From contig JAXLNO010000078.1 in NCBI GenBank assembly GCA_038087875.1, positions 1-64,000 of the forward strand: a stretch of 64,000 bases of DNA, given 5' to 3'. A program made the position numbers and the translations under genes. Shown piece by piece: positions 23,251 to 36,404 of the stretch (position 1 is the stretch's first letter; each line of letters begins with the position of its first letter). The notes under the pieces are model-generated. The model saw only the letters and a list, made by a program, of their open reading frames with translations. It was not told where the DNA came from and searched no databases. The DNA is from Malacoraja senta. Taxonomy: Eukaryota.

Positions 23251-24203
23251 GAGAACTGAATACGTGATAGAATCTGAATGCTGTAATTATATCCCAGACT
23301 AGACTAAGTGGGACCCGTTGGGTCCCAGCATCACACGGGAGGGCTGGTCACCCAACGCAATATTCCACTTCTCCACCAATTCCAATATTGCTGGCCGGTG
23401 GGGGGAGGGGGGCTTTCTGTTACGCTAGTATGGGTGTTGTGGGCCGAAGGTACTGGTGTCCAGAGGGCTAGTATGGACATTGTGCGCCGAATGGACTCAT
23501 GGGCTGGCAGCTCAGTCGCTGAGGCCAGGCAGCTCAGTCACTGAGGCCTGGCAGTACAGTCACTCAGACCTGGCAGGCTGGCAGCTGAGAAACAGCCAGA
23601 AATTCTGCCCAATACAGGTGACAGACTGTGAGAGAGAAGGGGGACAGGGTGGACTGAATGTAATATTGGGCTGGCATTTCAGTCACTTACGGCTGGTGGT
23701 CTGGCAGTTCACTTACTCACGGCTGATGGGCTGGCAGTGCACTCACTCACGGCCGTTGGGCTGGCAGTGCAGTCACTCACGGCTGGTACGCTGGCAGTTC
23801 ACTCAGTCTCCCCTGCTCCCTTCACCCTCCCACTCTGCTCCTTGCCATTCCCCTCCCCCCACGCATTCAGTCCATCTCCCCACAACCTCCCCCCATGCAC
23901 TCCCACAGAGCATCAATTCCTGCCCATTAGGTTCCGATTGTGATGAACAACACGCAGGCATGAAAAGTGGAAAAAGGATTTATTAAAGTTTAATATGTGA
24001 ATGACTTTTAAAATATAAGAACAATTTAAATGTTAAAGATGAGAATTATTAAGTTATTTCTTGTAGTGTCTCTTGTTGCTGCTCACTGCGTCGTTATGTG
24101 TGTAGACACATACAGACTCACACAGACACACACAGACACAGAGTCTGAGAATTGAATACGTGATAGGATTTGAATGGTGTAATTATATCCCAGACTAGAC
24201 TAA

Positions 24204-24289
24204 GACACACACAGACTCACACAGACTTACACACACTCACACACACACACAGACTCACACACACAGACTCACACACAAACACACACAGA

Positions 24290-24365
<76 letters not shown>

Positions 24366-24389
24366 TACACACAGCCTGACACACACAGC

Positions 24390-24420
<31 letters not shown>

Positions 24421-24478
24421 ACAGCCTGCACACACACAAACACTCACTCACACACTCACACACACACACACACACGCA
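24204..24478. repeat. (CA)n microsatellite
   Basis: Long CA runs with CAGACT interruptions; a (CAGACTCACA)n array follows at ~24730-24815. Confidence 0.95.
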
Positions 24479-24821
24479 ACCAATACTAAAATTCCAAGTA
24501 ACTTCAGAACGTGGTGAACATACAGTGTGTAAACCGAATGATTCAAATATTTAAAGCCTCCTGTAGAGGCTGCTGCTGCTGCTGCTGAAGCAAAAACGTG
24601 CTTTAAATAACGTCCAACAAACACACTCAACATAGACAGAGCAGTCAGATCTCTTGAATTATTCAACGACGTCTTCACTATGCCTTCTGCAGTCAGCGCC
24701 ATCTTGCCACGAACAGACTTGACACGAACAGACACACACACACAGACTCACACAGACTCACACAGACTCACACAGACTCACACAGTCTCACACAGACTCA
24801 CACAGACTCACACATACCTTC

Positions 24822-27070
24822 AGTGTTTAAGAAGGAACTGCAGATGCTGGAAAATCGAAGGTAGACAAAACTGCTGGAGAAAAATCAGCGGGTCCAGCAG
24901 CATCTATGGAGCGAAGGAAATAGGCAACGTTTCGGGCCGAAACCCTTCTTCAGACTGATGTACGGTGGGGGGGGGGGGACGCGGAGAAGAAAGAAAAAGG
25001 AATAGGAGGAGCCCGAGGGCTGAAGGAGAGCTGAGAAGGGGAGGAGACAGCAAGGGCTACCGGAAATTGGATAATTCAATATTTATGCCGCTAGGGAGCA
25101 GATTGTCCAAGCGGAATATGAGGTGCTGCTCCTCCAATTTCCGGTGGTGCTCACTCTGGCCATGCAGGAGGCCCAGGACAGAGAGGTTGGAATCGGAATG
25201 GGAGAGGGAGTTGAAGTGCTGAGCCACCGGGAGATCAGGTTGGTTAATGCGGACCGAGCGGAGGTGTTCGGCGAAACGATCGCCAAGCCTACGCTTGGTC
25301 TCACCGATGTAGATCAGCTGACATCTAGAGCAGCGGATGCAATATATGAGGTTGGAGGAGATGCAGGTGAACCTCTGTCGCACCTGGAATGACTGCTTGG
25401 GTCCTTGAATGGAGTCGAGGGGGGAGGTAAAGCGACAAGTGTAGCATCTCTTGCGGTTGCAAGGGAAAGTGCACGGGGAGCGGTGATTCAGGAGGGAAGG
25501 GAAGAATTGACCAGGGAGTTACGGAGAGAGCGGTCTTTGCGGAAAGCAGACAGGGGGGAGATGGGAAGATGTGGCGAGTGGTGGGGTCACGTTGGAGGTG
25601 GCGAAAATGACAGGACTATTTGTTGTATGTGACGGCTCGTGGGGTGAAAGGTGAGGACTAGGGGGACTCTGTCCTTGTTACGAGTGGGTGGATGGGGAGA
25701 GAGAGCAGTGTTGCGGGGTATGGAAGAGAGCCTGGTGAGAGCCTCATCTATAGTAGGGGAGGGGAACCCTCGTTCCCTGAAGAATGAGGACATTTCCGAT
25801 GCCCTGGTGTGGAACACCTCATCCTGGGAACAGATGCGGCGTAGACGGAGGAATTGGGAGTAGGTGATGGAGTCCTTACAGGAAGCAGGATGGGAAGAAG
25901 AGTAGTCTAGATAGCCATGGGAGTCAGTGGGTTTATAGTGGATGTCTATCATCTGTGATGGAGATAGAGAGGTTAAGAAATGGTAGGGAAGTGTCGGAAA
26001 TGGTCCAGGTGTATTTGAGTGCCGGATGGAAGTTAGTGGTGAAGCGGATGAATTCAGTCAGTTGTGTGTGGGTGCAGGAGGTAGCACCAAAGCAATCGGC
26101 GATGTAGCGGAGGTAGAGGTCGGGGATGGGGCCTGGTACGCCTCGAAAAATGATTGTTCGACGTACCCGACAAAGAGGCAGACAAAGCTGGGGCCCATGC
26201 GCGTGCCCATAGCTACGCCTTGTATTTGCAGGAAATGGGAGGAGTCAAACGAGAAGTTATTGAGTGTAAGGACCAGCTCCGCTAGGCGGAGGAGGGTGTC
26301 AGTGGCCGGGTATAGGTTGCTTCTCCGGTCGAGGAAGAACCGGAGGACTTTGAGACCATCCTGGTGGGGGATGGAGGTGTAGAGTGACTGGACGTCCATG
26401 GTGAAGATGACGGGATGGGGGCCTAGAGAATGGAATGCCCGGAGACGACGAAGAGTGTCTGAGGTGTCTTGAACATAGGTAGGGAGGGATTTAACCAGGG
26501 AGGATAGGATGGAGTCAAGGTATGTGGAAGTAAGTTCGGTGGGGCACGAACAGGCAGAGACAATGGGTCTACCAGGACAGACAGGTTTGTGGATTTTGGG
26601 GAGAAGGTAAAATCGGGCCGTGCGGGGCTGGGGAACGATGAGGTTGGAGGCTCGGGGGGGCAGGGAGCGGGAGTTGATAAAGTCAGTGATGGTGCTAGAG
26701 ATAGTGGCCTGGTGCTCGTCTGTGGGGGTCATGGTCCAGGGGTAAGTAGGAGGAGGTGTCCGAGAGTTGGAGCGTGGCCTCAGCTTTGTAGAGATCGACG
26801 CGCCAGACCACCACGGCACCTCCCTTGTTGGCGAGTTGTATAACCCAGTCTGGGTTGTTGTGGAGTGAGTCGATGGCTGTACGTTCAGGGGGGGAGAGAT
26901 TGGAGTGAGACAGGGGAGTGCAGAAATTGAGGCGGTTGATGTCCCCCGGCAGTTTTGGATAAAAAGGTCTAAAGCGGGAAGGCCATGAGGGGGGGGGTGG
27001 TCCACTAGGAGGGGGTTCGTTCGAGACGGGAAAAGGGATCATCACTAGGGAGCGAGGACTGGGCCCCAAG
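24822..27070 (-). mobile_element. Penelope-like retroelement (RT plus GIY-YIG), frameshifted
   Basis: FYLLPKIHK..GRPIVS, TMDVQSLYTSIP, QGVAMGTRMGP (26058-27005); YKPTDSHGYLDY; NLIYCIRC..YIGETKRRLGDRFAEH (25057-25383); hammerhead-like motif at 24926-24953 on the minus strand. Confidence 0.93.
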
Positions 27071-27074
27071 GCCC

Positions 27075-28135
27075 CAAACCAATTTGGCAAACACTTTGCA
27101 AACAACCCACACATGTTCTAAAGAGTCTTTAAAAGCAAGCCAATTTGGCAAACACTTTGCAAACAACCAACACATTTTCTGAAGAGTCTTTCAAAGCCAT
27201 GCCAATTTGGCAAACACTTTGCAAACAACCAACACATGTTCTGAAGTCTTTAAAAGCCAAGCCAATTTGGCAAACACTTTGCAAACAACCAACACATTTT
27301 CTGAAGAGTCTTTAAAAGCCAAGCCAATTTGGCAAACATTTTGCAAACAACCAACACATTTTCTGAAGAGTCTGTAAAAGCCAACCCAATTTGGCAAACA
27401 CTTTGCAAACAATCAACACATTTTCTGAAGAGTCTTTAAAAGCCAAGCCAATTTGGCAAACACTTTGCAAACAACCAACACATTTTCTGAAGTCTTTAAA
27501 AGCCAAGCCAACTTGGCAAACACTTTGCAAACAACCAACACATTTTCTGAACAGTCTTTAAAAGCCAAGCTAATTTGGCAAACACTTTGCAAACAACCAA
27601 CACATTTTCTGAAGAGTCTTTAAAAGCCAAGCCAATTTGGCAAACACTTTGCAAACAACCAACACATTTTCTGAAGTCTTTAAAAGCCAAGACAATTTGG
27701 CAAACACTTTGCAAACAACCAACACATTTTCTGAAGAGTCTTTAAAAGCCAAGCCAATTTGGCAAACACTTTGCAAACAACCAACACATTTTCTGAAGTC
27801 TTTAAAAGCCAAGCCAATTTGGCAAACACTTTGCAAACAACCAACACATTATCTGAAGAATCTTTAAAAGCCAAACCAATTTGGCAAACACTTTGCAAAC
27901 AACCAACACATTTTCTGAAGAGTCTTTTAAAGCCAATTTGGCAAACACTTTGCAAACAACCAACACATTTTCTGAAGTCTTTAAAAGCCAAGCCAATTTG
28001 GCAAACACTTTGCAAACAACCAACACATTTTCTGAAGAGTCTTTAAAAGCCAAGCCAATTTGGCAAACACTTTGCAAACAACCAACACATTTTCTGAAAA
28101 GTCTTTAAAAGTCAAGACAATTTGGCATGCACTTT
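27075..28135. repeat. ~60-bp tandem repeat inside Helitron (about 17 copies)
   Basis: CCAATTTGGCAAACACTTTGCAAACAACCAACACATTTTCTGAAGAGTCTTTAAAAGCCAAG units of 59-62 bp. Confidence 0.95.
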
Positions 28136-28500
28136 ACAACCACATCTAGGGGACTCGCCGTGGAGTAGACGTGCGTTCAGTTATTCGCAGCTCAGAGAGC
28201 CGTGACCCTCTCGCTTCCTCCGTCTCGCAGAGACTGAGTGTGGCACGACACTTCCGGGTTTTATAGTCCCTCGCCCTGCCGCCAGCGGGGGCAGCAGAGA
28301 AAAATGGCGACATTTTGAAAAACATTAATAAATCTCTGATTTTTCATCGATGGGAAAAATCCTCCAGTACAATCCGGCGGAGGGGGACTCTGAGCGAGGT
28401 GGCCAAAAAATGATGGCCGTAAGTGGCGGCGTTCTGTCGGAAACCACGAAACAGAATGGCGAAAGCGATCAAGATCATAGTTTTAGTAATATAGATGTAA

Positions 28501-29178
28501 CAATACAATACAATACAATCAGTTTTATTCGTCACTTGCACATAAAGTGCAAACATAAAGTGCAAGTGAAATGAATTTGCCAGCAGCGGTACGATGAAAA
28601 AAGAACACACAAAAACACAATAAAATCTTAACATAAACATCCACCACAGCATTCATCACTGTGGTGAAAGGCACAAAATTTGGCCAGTCCTCCTCCATTT
28701 CCCCCGTGGTCGGGAACTCAACCCTCCGCAGTCGCCGCTGCGTGCGTCCAGATGTGTTGATAAGGTAAAGTCCAGGTAAGTCCTAAATCGGTACTTCCCT
28801 ACCAGAGACCGCGGCTTCAGGTTGGTGTAGGCCGCAGGCCGGTGGTCGAAGATCAAAAGTCCCCGCCGCGCAGCAGCCGGAAGCACCGCAGACCGCAGGG
28901 TCGGCGTTCCGAGCTCCGCTCCAGGGGTCCCCGGCGAGGGACCCCGCTCCTGATGGTAAGTCCACGCCGCGCCCGCGGTAGATGTTGGCCGCGGGCCGGC
29001 GGTCGGTGCTCCTCTCCTCCCGGATCCCCAACGGGGGATCCCAGGCCCAGGACGCCGCGCCAGCTGGTGCACTGCAGACCGCGGCTTCAGGCTGCCGTGG
29101 GCCAGCGATCGGAGCGCTCCTCTCCGGCGACCCCCGGCGAGAGCTCGCCCGCTCCGCGACGAATGCGTCCTCGCTTTA
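28501..29178 (-). mobile_element. GC-rich non-autonomous retroelement with (CAATA)n tail
   Basis: CAATACAATA tail, TTTTATTCGTCA, and CACAGCATTCATCACTGTGGTGAAAGGCA resembling 18207-18250. Confidence 0.55.
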
Positions 29179-31919
29179 AAAGTGAACATTATCAATCTGG
29201 CTGACCGAATTCGTCAAGAGGCAGCCAAGATGCATGAAACAAGATGATAATAGGAGGAGTACGTTGTCTCTGCGGGGATGTCGAAAGGGATGGCTGGGAT
29301 TGATAGGGATCTGTTTGATGCAAGGTTTAACTTTTCGCGTTACCATCATCCGAGTGTTGTTTGTTTATTATGCGCTTCTAAAAATGTCGCTGTGTGAGGA
29401 AGATGGAGCGAAGTATCCCATTTGTTTTGCTAAGTCACGTTCCCTGAGCATCAAGATGGTTTCGGGACATGTATATTTAGATGGTTTTCTATTTTCACGA
29501 CTTCAATAGATATTGGCAGAGGAAGATCGTTGAATTTTAACTGTGTTCGGGAGGCAATTGATGTCGGGAACAGGATTTCCCGTACAGGTATTTGAGAGAT
29601 TGGAATTATTATGTGTCATGGGGACCATGGGCACATACAACAGAGAAGCACGTCAGTCGACCCATCCTGAGCGCACCGACCATCGGTGATGGCAACACTG
29701 CGAAGAACGCGATGCCCAGTTGCTTCTCATCATAGACAGAGTTCCAAGTTATTTATGTAAAATTAGTAGATTATGCGTAAAGGCAACGCACCATTGTTGC
29801 TTCTGTGAAGGACCAGGTACTTGTACTTGTTCACTTAATCCAGTTTGATCTCTGCCATAACTGATCCTGATGGTTGCATTACTTCACATTAACAGAGAAG
29901 GTTATTTTATTACACTCATTGCCATCACGTTTCAACTCTACTACGGAGACAAATGTCCCTTCTCTTTTTCCGCAGTTCTGGGGAACTGGGCCAAGGGTAT
30001 CGGACACGAAATATTAGCTACTTCTATTACACCATTTCTGTCACTATTTCAGATTTCCAACTAACACGTTGTTATTGTTTAGATTGTGTTGCTCTGCATC
30101 TGGAGGCGTGTAGGTTTGCCCTGGTCCTAATAGTTTCCTGAGCCGAACTCACCAATGTACATCTCAACATATGCAGAATTTAGGATTTCAATACGAATAC
30201 ACTGCACATACTCACAACTACAATAATACTGGTACAATATTCCAAGCATCTCAATAAGTCTGTTATTTACCAATGTAGCACAATTTCAACATATCTGAAT
30301 CATTATAGATTTCAGGTGTATGTTTAAACCTACGTATCTCAATTAGCAATAACGAATGAAGAGCAACAGTTGTTCAACTAAACAAGGGAATAACAGTTTA
30401 CAAGTAATTAGTGAATGTCTTCGCCATGTCTTCGCATTAAGGTTTCCCTGAGATATTAATACACTTCATTAGGTGACTGGGGTGTCTGCTAAATTTAACC
30501 AGAAAATAGATTCTGTCCGACTGAAGGACTCACACAGGATCCCGCTTAAAAAAAAACATTTGCCGTTCTAGATTCAAATCCTTGACCTTGCTGTTACCCT
30601 GTCTATTAAAAGACATTATGGATATATTTGGAATTTGGATATAATTGTTTACATCACTCCCGAAATGTGAAGTGCAACGATATTCGCACAGAGTCGGCGA
30701 TACAGTTTGTTTGGTTTATTAAAATACGGATTGTAATTCAGAAAACGCCTCTTACGCGGGTAGAACACGTACGACGGAGATAATCTTCTTAAAAAGTAAT
30801 TAAAAAGTAAAAGTAATTTGACCGGGCAACTAATGGATAATTAGAAAAACGCTAAAGGACGCAGACATATTGACATTTCGGGTCGGGATCATTCTTGAAA
30901 CTATCTGAAGAAGAGTCTCTACCCGAAATTCAATTCCATCTCCAGATGCTGGTTGACCCGAAATTGGTCGGATATCAGTAATTAGTTAGATATAACATTA
31001 TTACTGCAAAAAGAACAACATTATCTGTAGGAACAACACACATTTTGAAAATAATTGAATAGTTTTAAGAAATAGATAAATCGGAATTTCGCAATCTCAT
31101 ATCCCGTCTCACCATTTAGATATAGCTCTAAGGGCTAAATGAATCAAGGGATATGGGGGGGAAGCAGGAACGGGGTACTGATTCTGGATGATCAGCCATA
31201 TTCGTATTGAATGGCGGTGTTGGCTCAAAGGGTTCAATGGCTTACTCCTGTATATATTGTCTACGTTTCTATGCTTAGACTGATTTCACTTGATCTGCAC
31301 TCGTGCAATCTCAGTCCGGATGAAGGATCTCGATCCGTCAATCTCCAATCTCAATCTCAATCTCCTGTGTCTGTGTTTTCTGAAACATTTGTCCTCGTTA
31401 TTGAACAACAAAAACAGTAAACCATAATCCGCCTACTGCGCTGTTACTTTCAAATTTATCGTATTGCGTGCGTGCGGAGTACTATCGGCAATGACAATTG
31501 TTGCAAGCAAAATAAATCATTCAAATAACATGAAAATTAAATCTTACTGTGCCGTTGCTGGGAATTGCAGTTAGGCTGCCCTTCAGAAACCAAAATAATC
31601 ACGTTCCATATAAAGGTGGAAAGAGGATTCCTGCCAGGACTTTTATTTGATTATCCTTCACAGTCATCATGGACACGTGATATTGTGTGGTCATTTTTTG
31701 GCAACAATGCAGGTGATTGTTGTGATACAAAATTAATGAATCGACATTAAGGCCATGAATGCCGAGAGATATCATTAGCTGACGAAGCATGATAATCTTA
31801 TAGATGTTTCTAGGGAAGTGTGTATCACGGTATTCCTCATCAGTAATGTCACCCGAAATATAGACGAGAAACTTGACTATTCAATCCCTATAAGTCTGCA
31901 GACTGATTAACAGTTTTCT

Positions 31920-34900
31920 GGTTTAAAAGCATTATATATGAATACGCGATTCGCGATGTATAGGAAATAAAGTGGATGAACGAGGCTCAGTTAGAGATTG
32001 GTATATATGACATTGTGGGGATTACAGATACATGGCTGCAGGAGGATTGGTGTTGTGAACTGAATATTCAGGGTTATACGTCCTTCAGAAAGGACAGGCA
32101 GGTGGGCAGAGGAGGTGGGGTAGCTCTGATGGTGAGGGATGAAATATAGACCCTTGGGAGGGATGACATAGGGACTGGAAATGAGCAATTGTAAAGGTAA
32201 GAATACACTAATGGGAGATATCTACAGGCCCCCACGCAATAGCCGGGATATAGGGTGCAAGTTGCAGCAGGAGTTAGAAATGTCATGTAACAAAGGTAAT
32301 GCCACTTTGGTTATGGGAGATTTCAATATGCAGGCAGACTGGGAATATCAGGTTGAGTCTGGACCCCCAAGAAAGGGAGTTTGAAGAGTGCCTCCGAGAT
32401 GGGTTCATAGAGCAGCTTGTATTGGAGCCTATCTGAGAGAAGGCAATTCTGGATTAAGTGTTGTCTAATGAACCAGATTTAATAAGGGAACTCAAGGTAA
32501 AGGAATCGCTCGCAGATAGTGATCATAATATGATAAGTTGTATCTGCAATTTGAGAGGGAAAAGGTTAAATCAGAATTGTTAGTGTTGTATTTGAACAAG
32601 TGGGACTAGGAAGGCATGAGAGAGGAGCTGACCAAGGTCGGCTTGAAAAGGATCCTAGCAGGAATGACGGTGGAACAGCAATGGCATGTATTTCTGGGCA
32701 TAATCCAGAAGATGCAGGTTCATTTCATTCCAAAGAAGAAGAAAGATTCTAATGGGGAGTAAGAGGCAACCGTGGCAGACAAGGGAAGTTAGCGACGGTA
32801 GAAAACTCAAAGAAAAGATGTATAATATCGCAAAGAGTAGAGGGAAGCCAGAGGATTTGGAAACTTTCAAAGGATATCAGAAGGTAACTAAAAGGGCAAT
32901 ATGGGGTGAAAAGATGAAGTACGAAGTTAAGTTTGCCAATAATATAAAGAAGGATAGTAAAAATCTTATTTAGGTGTGTTAAGCGAAAAAGATTAGTACA
33001 GACAAATGTGGGTCCCTTGAAGACAGAAACAGGTGAAATTATTATGGGGAACAAGGAAATGGCAGACGAGTTGAACAGGGACTTTGGTTCTGTCTTCAAT
33101 AAGGAAAACACCAACAATCTCCCAGATGTACTAGATGACAGAGGATCTAGGAAGACAGAGGAACATAAATAAATTTGCATTGGACGAGAAATAATATTGG
33201 GAAGACTGATGAGACTGAAGGCTGTAAAATGCCCAGGGCCTGATGGTCTGGGCATCCCAGGGTACTAAAGTAGGTGGCTCCAGAAATCGTTGACGCATTG
33301 GTGATCATTTCCTCATTTCCTTTTGATTCAGGAACTGTTCCTGTTGATGGAGGTTTGCTAAAATTATCACCATTTTCAAGAAAGGAGCGAGACAGAAAAC
33401 GGGGAATTATAGACCAGTTAGTCTGACATCGGTGGTTGGGGGTGATGCTGGAGTCAATTATTAAAGAAGTAATAACGGCGCATTAGGATGATAGTAATAG
33501 GATTGGTCGAAGTCAGCATGGATATATGAAGGGGAAAACCTGCTTGACTAATCTTCCGGAATTTTTTGAAGATGTGACAAGTAAAATGGATGATGGAGAG
33601 CCAGTGGATACAGTGTATCTGGACTTTCAGAAAGCCTTTGATAAGGTCCTACACAGGAGAACAGTGGGCAAAATTGGAGCACAAGGTATTGAGGGTAGGG
33701 TAAGCCATGGATTGAGAATTGGTTGGCAGGCAGGAAACAAAGAGTAGGAATTAACGGGTCCCTGTCAGAATGGCAGACAGTGCGAGAGGAGTGCCGCAAG
33801 GCTCGTTGCTGGTGCCACAGCTATTTACAATGTACATTAATGAATTGGATTATGGAATTAAAAGTAAAATCAGCAAATTTGCAGATGACACAAAGCTGGG
33901 TGGCAGTGTGAACTGCGAAGAGGATGCTAGGAAGTTGCAGGGTGACCTGGACAGGTTGAGTGAGAGGGCAGATGCATGACAGATGGCGCAATGGGCTAAG
34001 TGTTCGGCTGGCAACCGGAAGGTAGCCGGTTCGAATCCCGCTTGGAGTGCATACTGTCGTTGTGTCCTTGGGCAAGCACCCACCTTTGCCTGCGTGTGCA
34101 TGTGTGTGAATGTGTGTGAGTGATTGGTGGTGGTCGGAGGGGCCGTAGGCGCAGATTAGCAGCCACGCTTCCGTCAGTCTGCCCCAGGGCAGCTGTGGCT
34201 ACAGAAGTAGCTCACCACCACCGAGTGTGACTGAGGAGTGAATGAATAATGCGATGTAAAGCGCCTTGGGTATTAGAAAGGCGCTATATAAATCCAATCC
34301 ATTATTATTATTATTATCATTCTGACAGATGCAATCCACTTTGAAGGCAAGAACAAAGAGACAGATTATTATATCAATGGTGTCAGATTAGGAAAAAGGG
34401 AAGTGCAACGAGACCTGGGTTTCCTTGTGCACCAGTCATTGAAAGTAAACGTGCATTTACCGCAGGCTGCGAAGAAAGCGAATGGCATGTAGGTGTCATA
34501 ATGAGAGGATTTGAGTATACGTCCTTCTGCAGTTTTACAGGGCCCTACTGAAACCACATCTGGAGTATTGTGTGCAGATTTGGTCTCCTAATTTGAGGAA
34601 GGACATCCTTGCTATTGAGGGAGTGCAGCGTAGGTTCACAAGGTTATTCCCGGGGGTGGCGGGACTGTCATAAGAGGAAAGATTGGAAAGACTGGGCTTG
34701 TATTGACTGGAATTTAGAAGGATGAGGGGGAATCTTGTAGAAACATATAAAATTATAAAAGAACTGGACGAGCTAGATGCAGGAAAAATGTTCCCAATGT
34801 TGGGGAAGTCCAGAACCAGGGGCCACAGTCTAAGAATAAAGGTGAGGCCATTTTAAACTGAGATGTGAAAAAAGTTTTGCCTCCAGAAAGTTGTGAAATT

Positions 34901-35108
34901 CTCTGCCACGGAAGGCAGTGGAGGCCAATTCACTGGATGAATTTAAAAGATAATAAGATAGAGCTCGTGGAGCTGGCGGAATCAAGGGCTATGGGGAGAA
35001 GGCAGTCATCTGATTGTGGATAATCAGCCATGATCACAATGAATGGCGGTGCTGTATCGAACGTCCGAATGGCCTCCTCCTGCACCTATTTTCTATGTTG
35101 CTATGTCT
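31920..35108 (+). mobile_element. CR1 LINE ORF2 plus 3' UTR, decayed
   Basis: EN (IYRPP, MGDFN) and RT (YLDFQKAFD, GVPQG, FADD) with many stops; CTATGT tail at ~35093-35106. Confidence 0.92.
33986..34322 (+). mobile_element. tRNA-derived SINE with CORE-like segment and L2-like tail
   Basis: A box TGGCGCAATGG (overlapping the TSD), B box GGTTCGAATCC at ~34028, GTGTCCTTGGGCAAG, TGTAAAGCGCC..AAAGGCGCTATATAAAT, (ATT)n; TSD TGACAGATG at 33977-33985 and 34323-34331. Confidence 0.85.
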
Positions 35109-36404
35109 TTACCATAATCCTGAAAAGTTCAATGACAAATTCAGCCACCTGGAAAACCCAGGCGTTACACCTCTCCGCAGTCTACTGATAACAAACTGAA
35201 CATTTAAGAATCAATTCTGTTATGAATATCGGGTGGAAGTTTGTTTCGTCTAATCCCGCTGCACAAACTGGAGGGCTGCGCCGGCAGCATTTACTGAGAA
35301 GCAACATCATAACATTCGCTTTTGGTCCGTATGATAAAAGCTTGTAAACGTAAACGTACAGCTGTTTGAAATTCGCAAGTTGCTTAAAGCATACAGAAGA
35401 CAGACACAAAATGCTGGAGTAACTCAGCGGGACAGGCAGCATCTCTGGAGAGAAGGAAAGGGTGACGTTTCGGGTGGAGACTCTTCTTCAAACATACTGA
35501 TCTCCGCGTTTCTGAAAAAGAAGCATTATTTGAGAGAATGTAAGCCCACGTTTCTCTTTCTGGCTTCAATATATTGGAAAAAGAGGAAATAACACAGATG
35601 TCAATCATGTGGCTGGAGTGCAGTGTCTCTGGCATCCACAATCATAACTGGTGATCATGGTGCACAATCATAGCCCGTGATCATGGTGCACATTAGTCCA
35701 GCCTCAGAATCACCCTTGACACGTTACATTTTGCCTACCGTTCTCGGACAATTCATCGGACGCCATCTCTATGGCGCCACGGTACAGTCATCTCCAGAAC
35801 ATCTGGAGAAGAAGGCCTCCTATTGTTTGTCTACAGATCCACAATCAGTATCACAATCCCAACCAAACCCATCTCCATATTCCTGTAACTTGCAGACATC
35901 ACGCCCTCTGCCACTGACTCCCTAACTCGCACACAAAATCAGAAAGGGTAAGCGACAAATCATCGTCCGCGATCATTTTCATCATCGGCGCACAGAAAAG
36001 CCGCGTCATCCGCATCATACTCTCTCCCTGTACACTTCCTGCTGTGTGACCAGTTCTTGCTCCAACTACATTTAGAGCAGAGCTAGGAATTGGACTTAAG
36101 AACAGGTGGAGTGCATGAATCAATCTGCATCAATAGTGCTGAGTTAGAAACTAGGTAGACAGGCAGATGTGTGAGAAGAGAGCACGGGAATGAGAATTAC
36201 ATGAAATTGCAAAAGTCATCATTCGGTCCACTATCTCACAAGGTATCACTTGAAAAACCATCATTCAATCCGATGCAGAAATACTAAAACAATGACGATT
36301 TGTTAACGATGGTACAACATTAACAATTCACATGTGTGCGAGTGCATTGGATCGCACTAATTATAAACGGAACATTCCAGTATTTATAAATTGTAATTAT
36401 AAAT

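Larger units (their letters stand above)
23299..28495 (-). mobile_element. Non-autonomous Helitron (5.2 kb including nested Penelope)
   Basis: Minus strand starts A|TCTATATTACTAAAACTATGATCTTG at 28495 and ends GGGACCCAACGGGTCCCACTTAGTCTAG|T at 23299. Confidence 0.8.

Noticed and set aside
27075..28135. CRISPR-like regular array (also 21670-22355 and 42333-42769)
   Set aside because: Units are contiguous tandem copies without unique spacers, there are no cas genes, and the context is eukaryotic.
29200..31900. Possible host exons in the non-repetitive stretch (acceptor-like site near 29975)
   Set aside because: No recognisable protein motif or consistent exon chain.
33984..34050. tRNA gene
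   Set aside because: A and B boxes belong to a SINE head with body, tail and TSD; the same applies at ~62600-62680.
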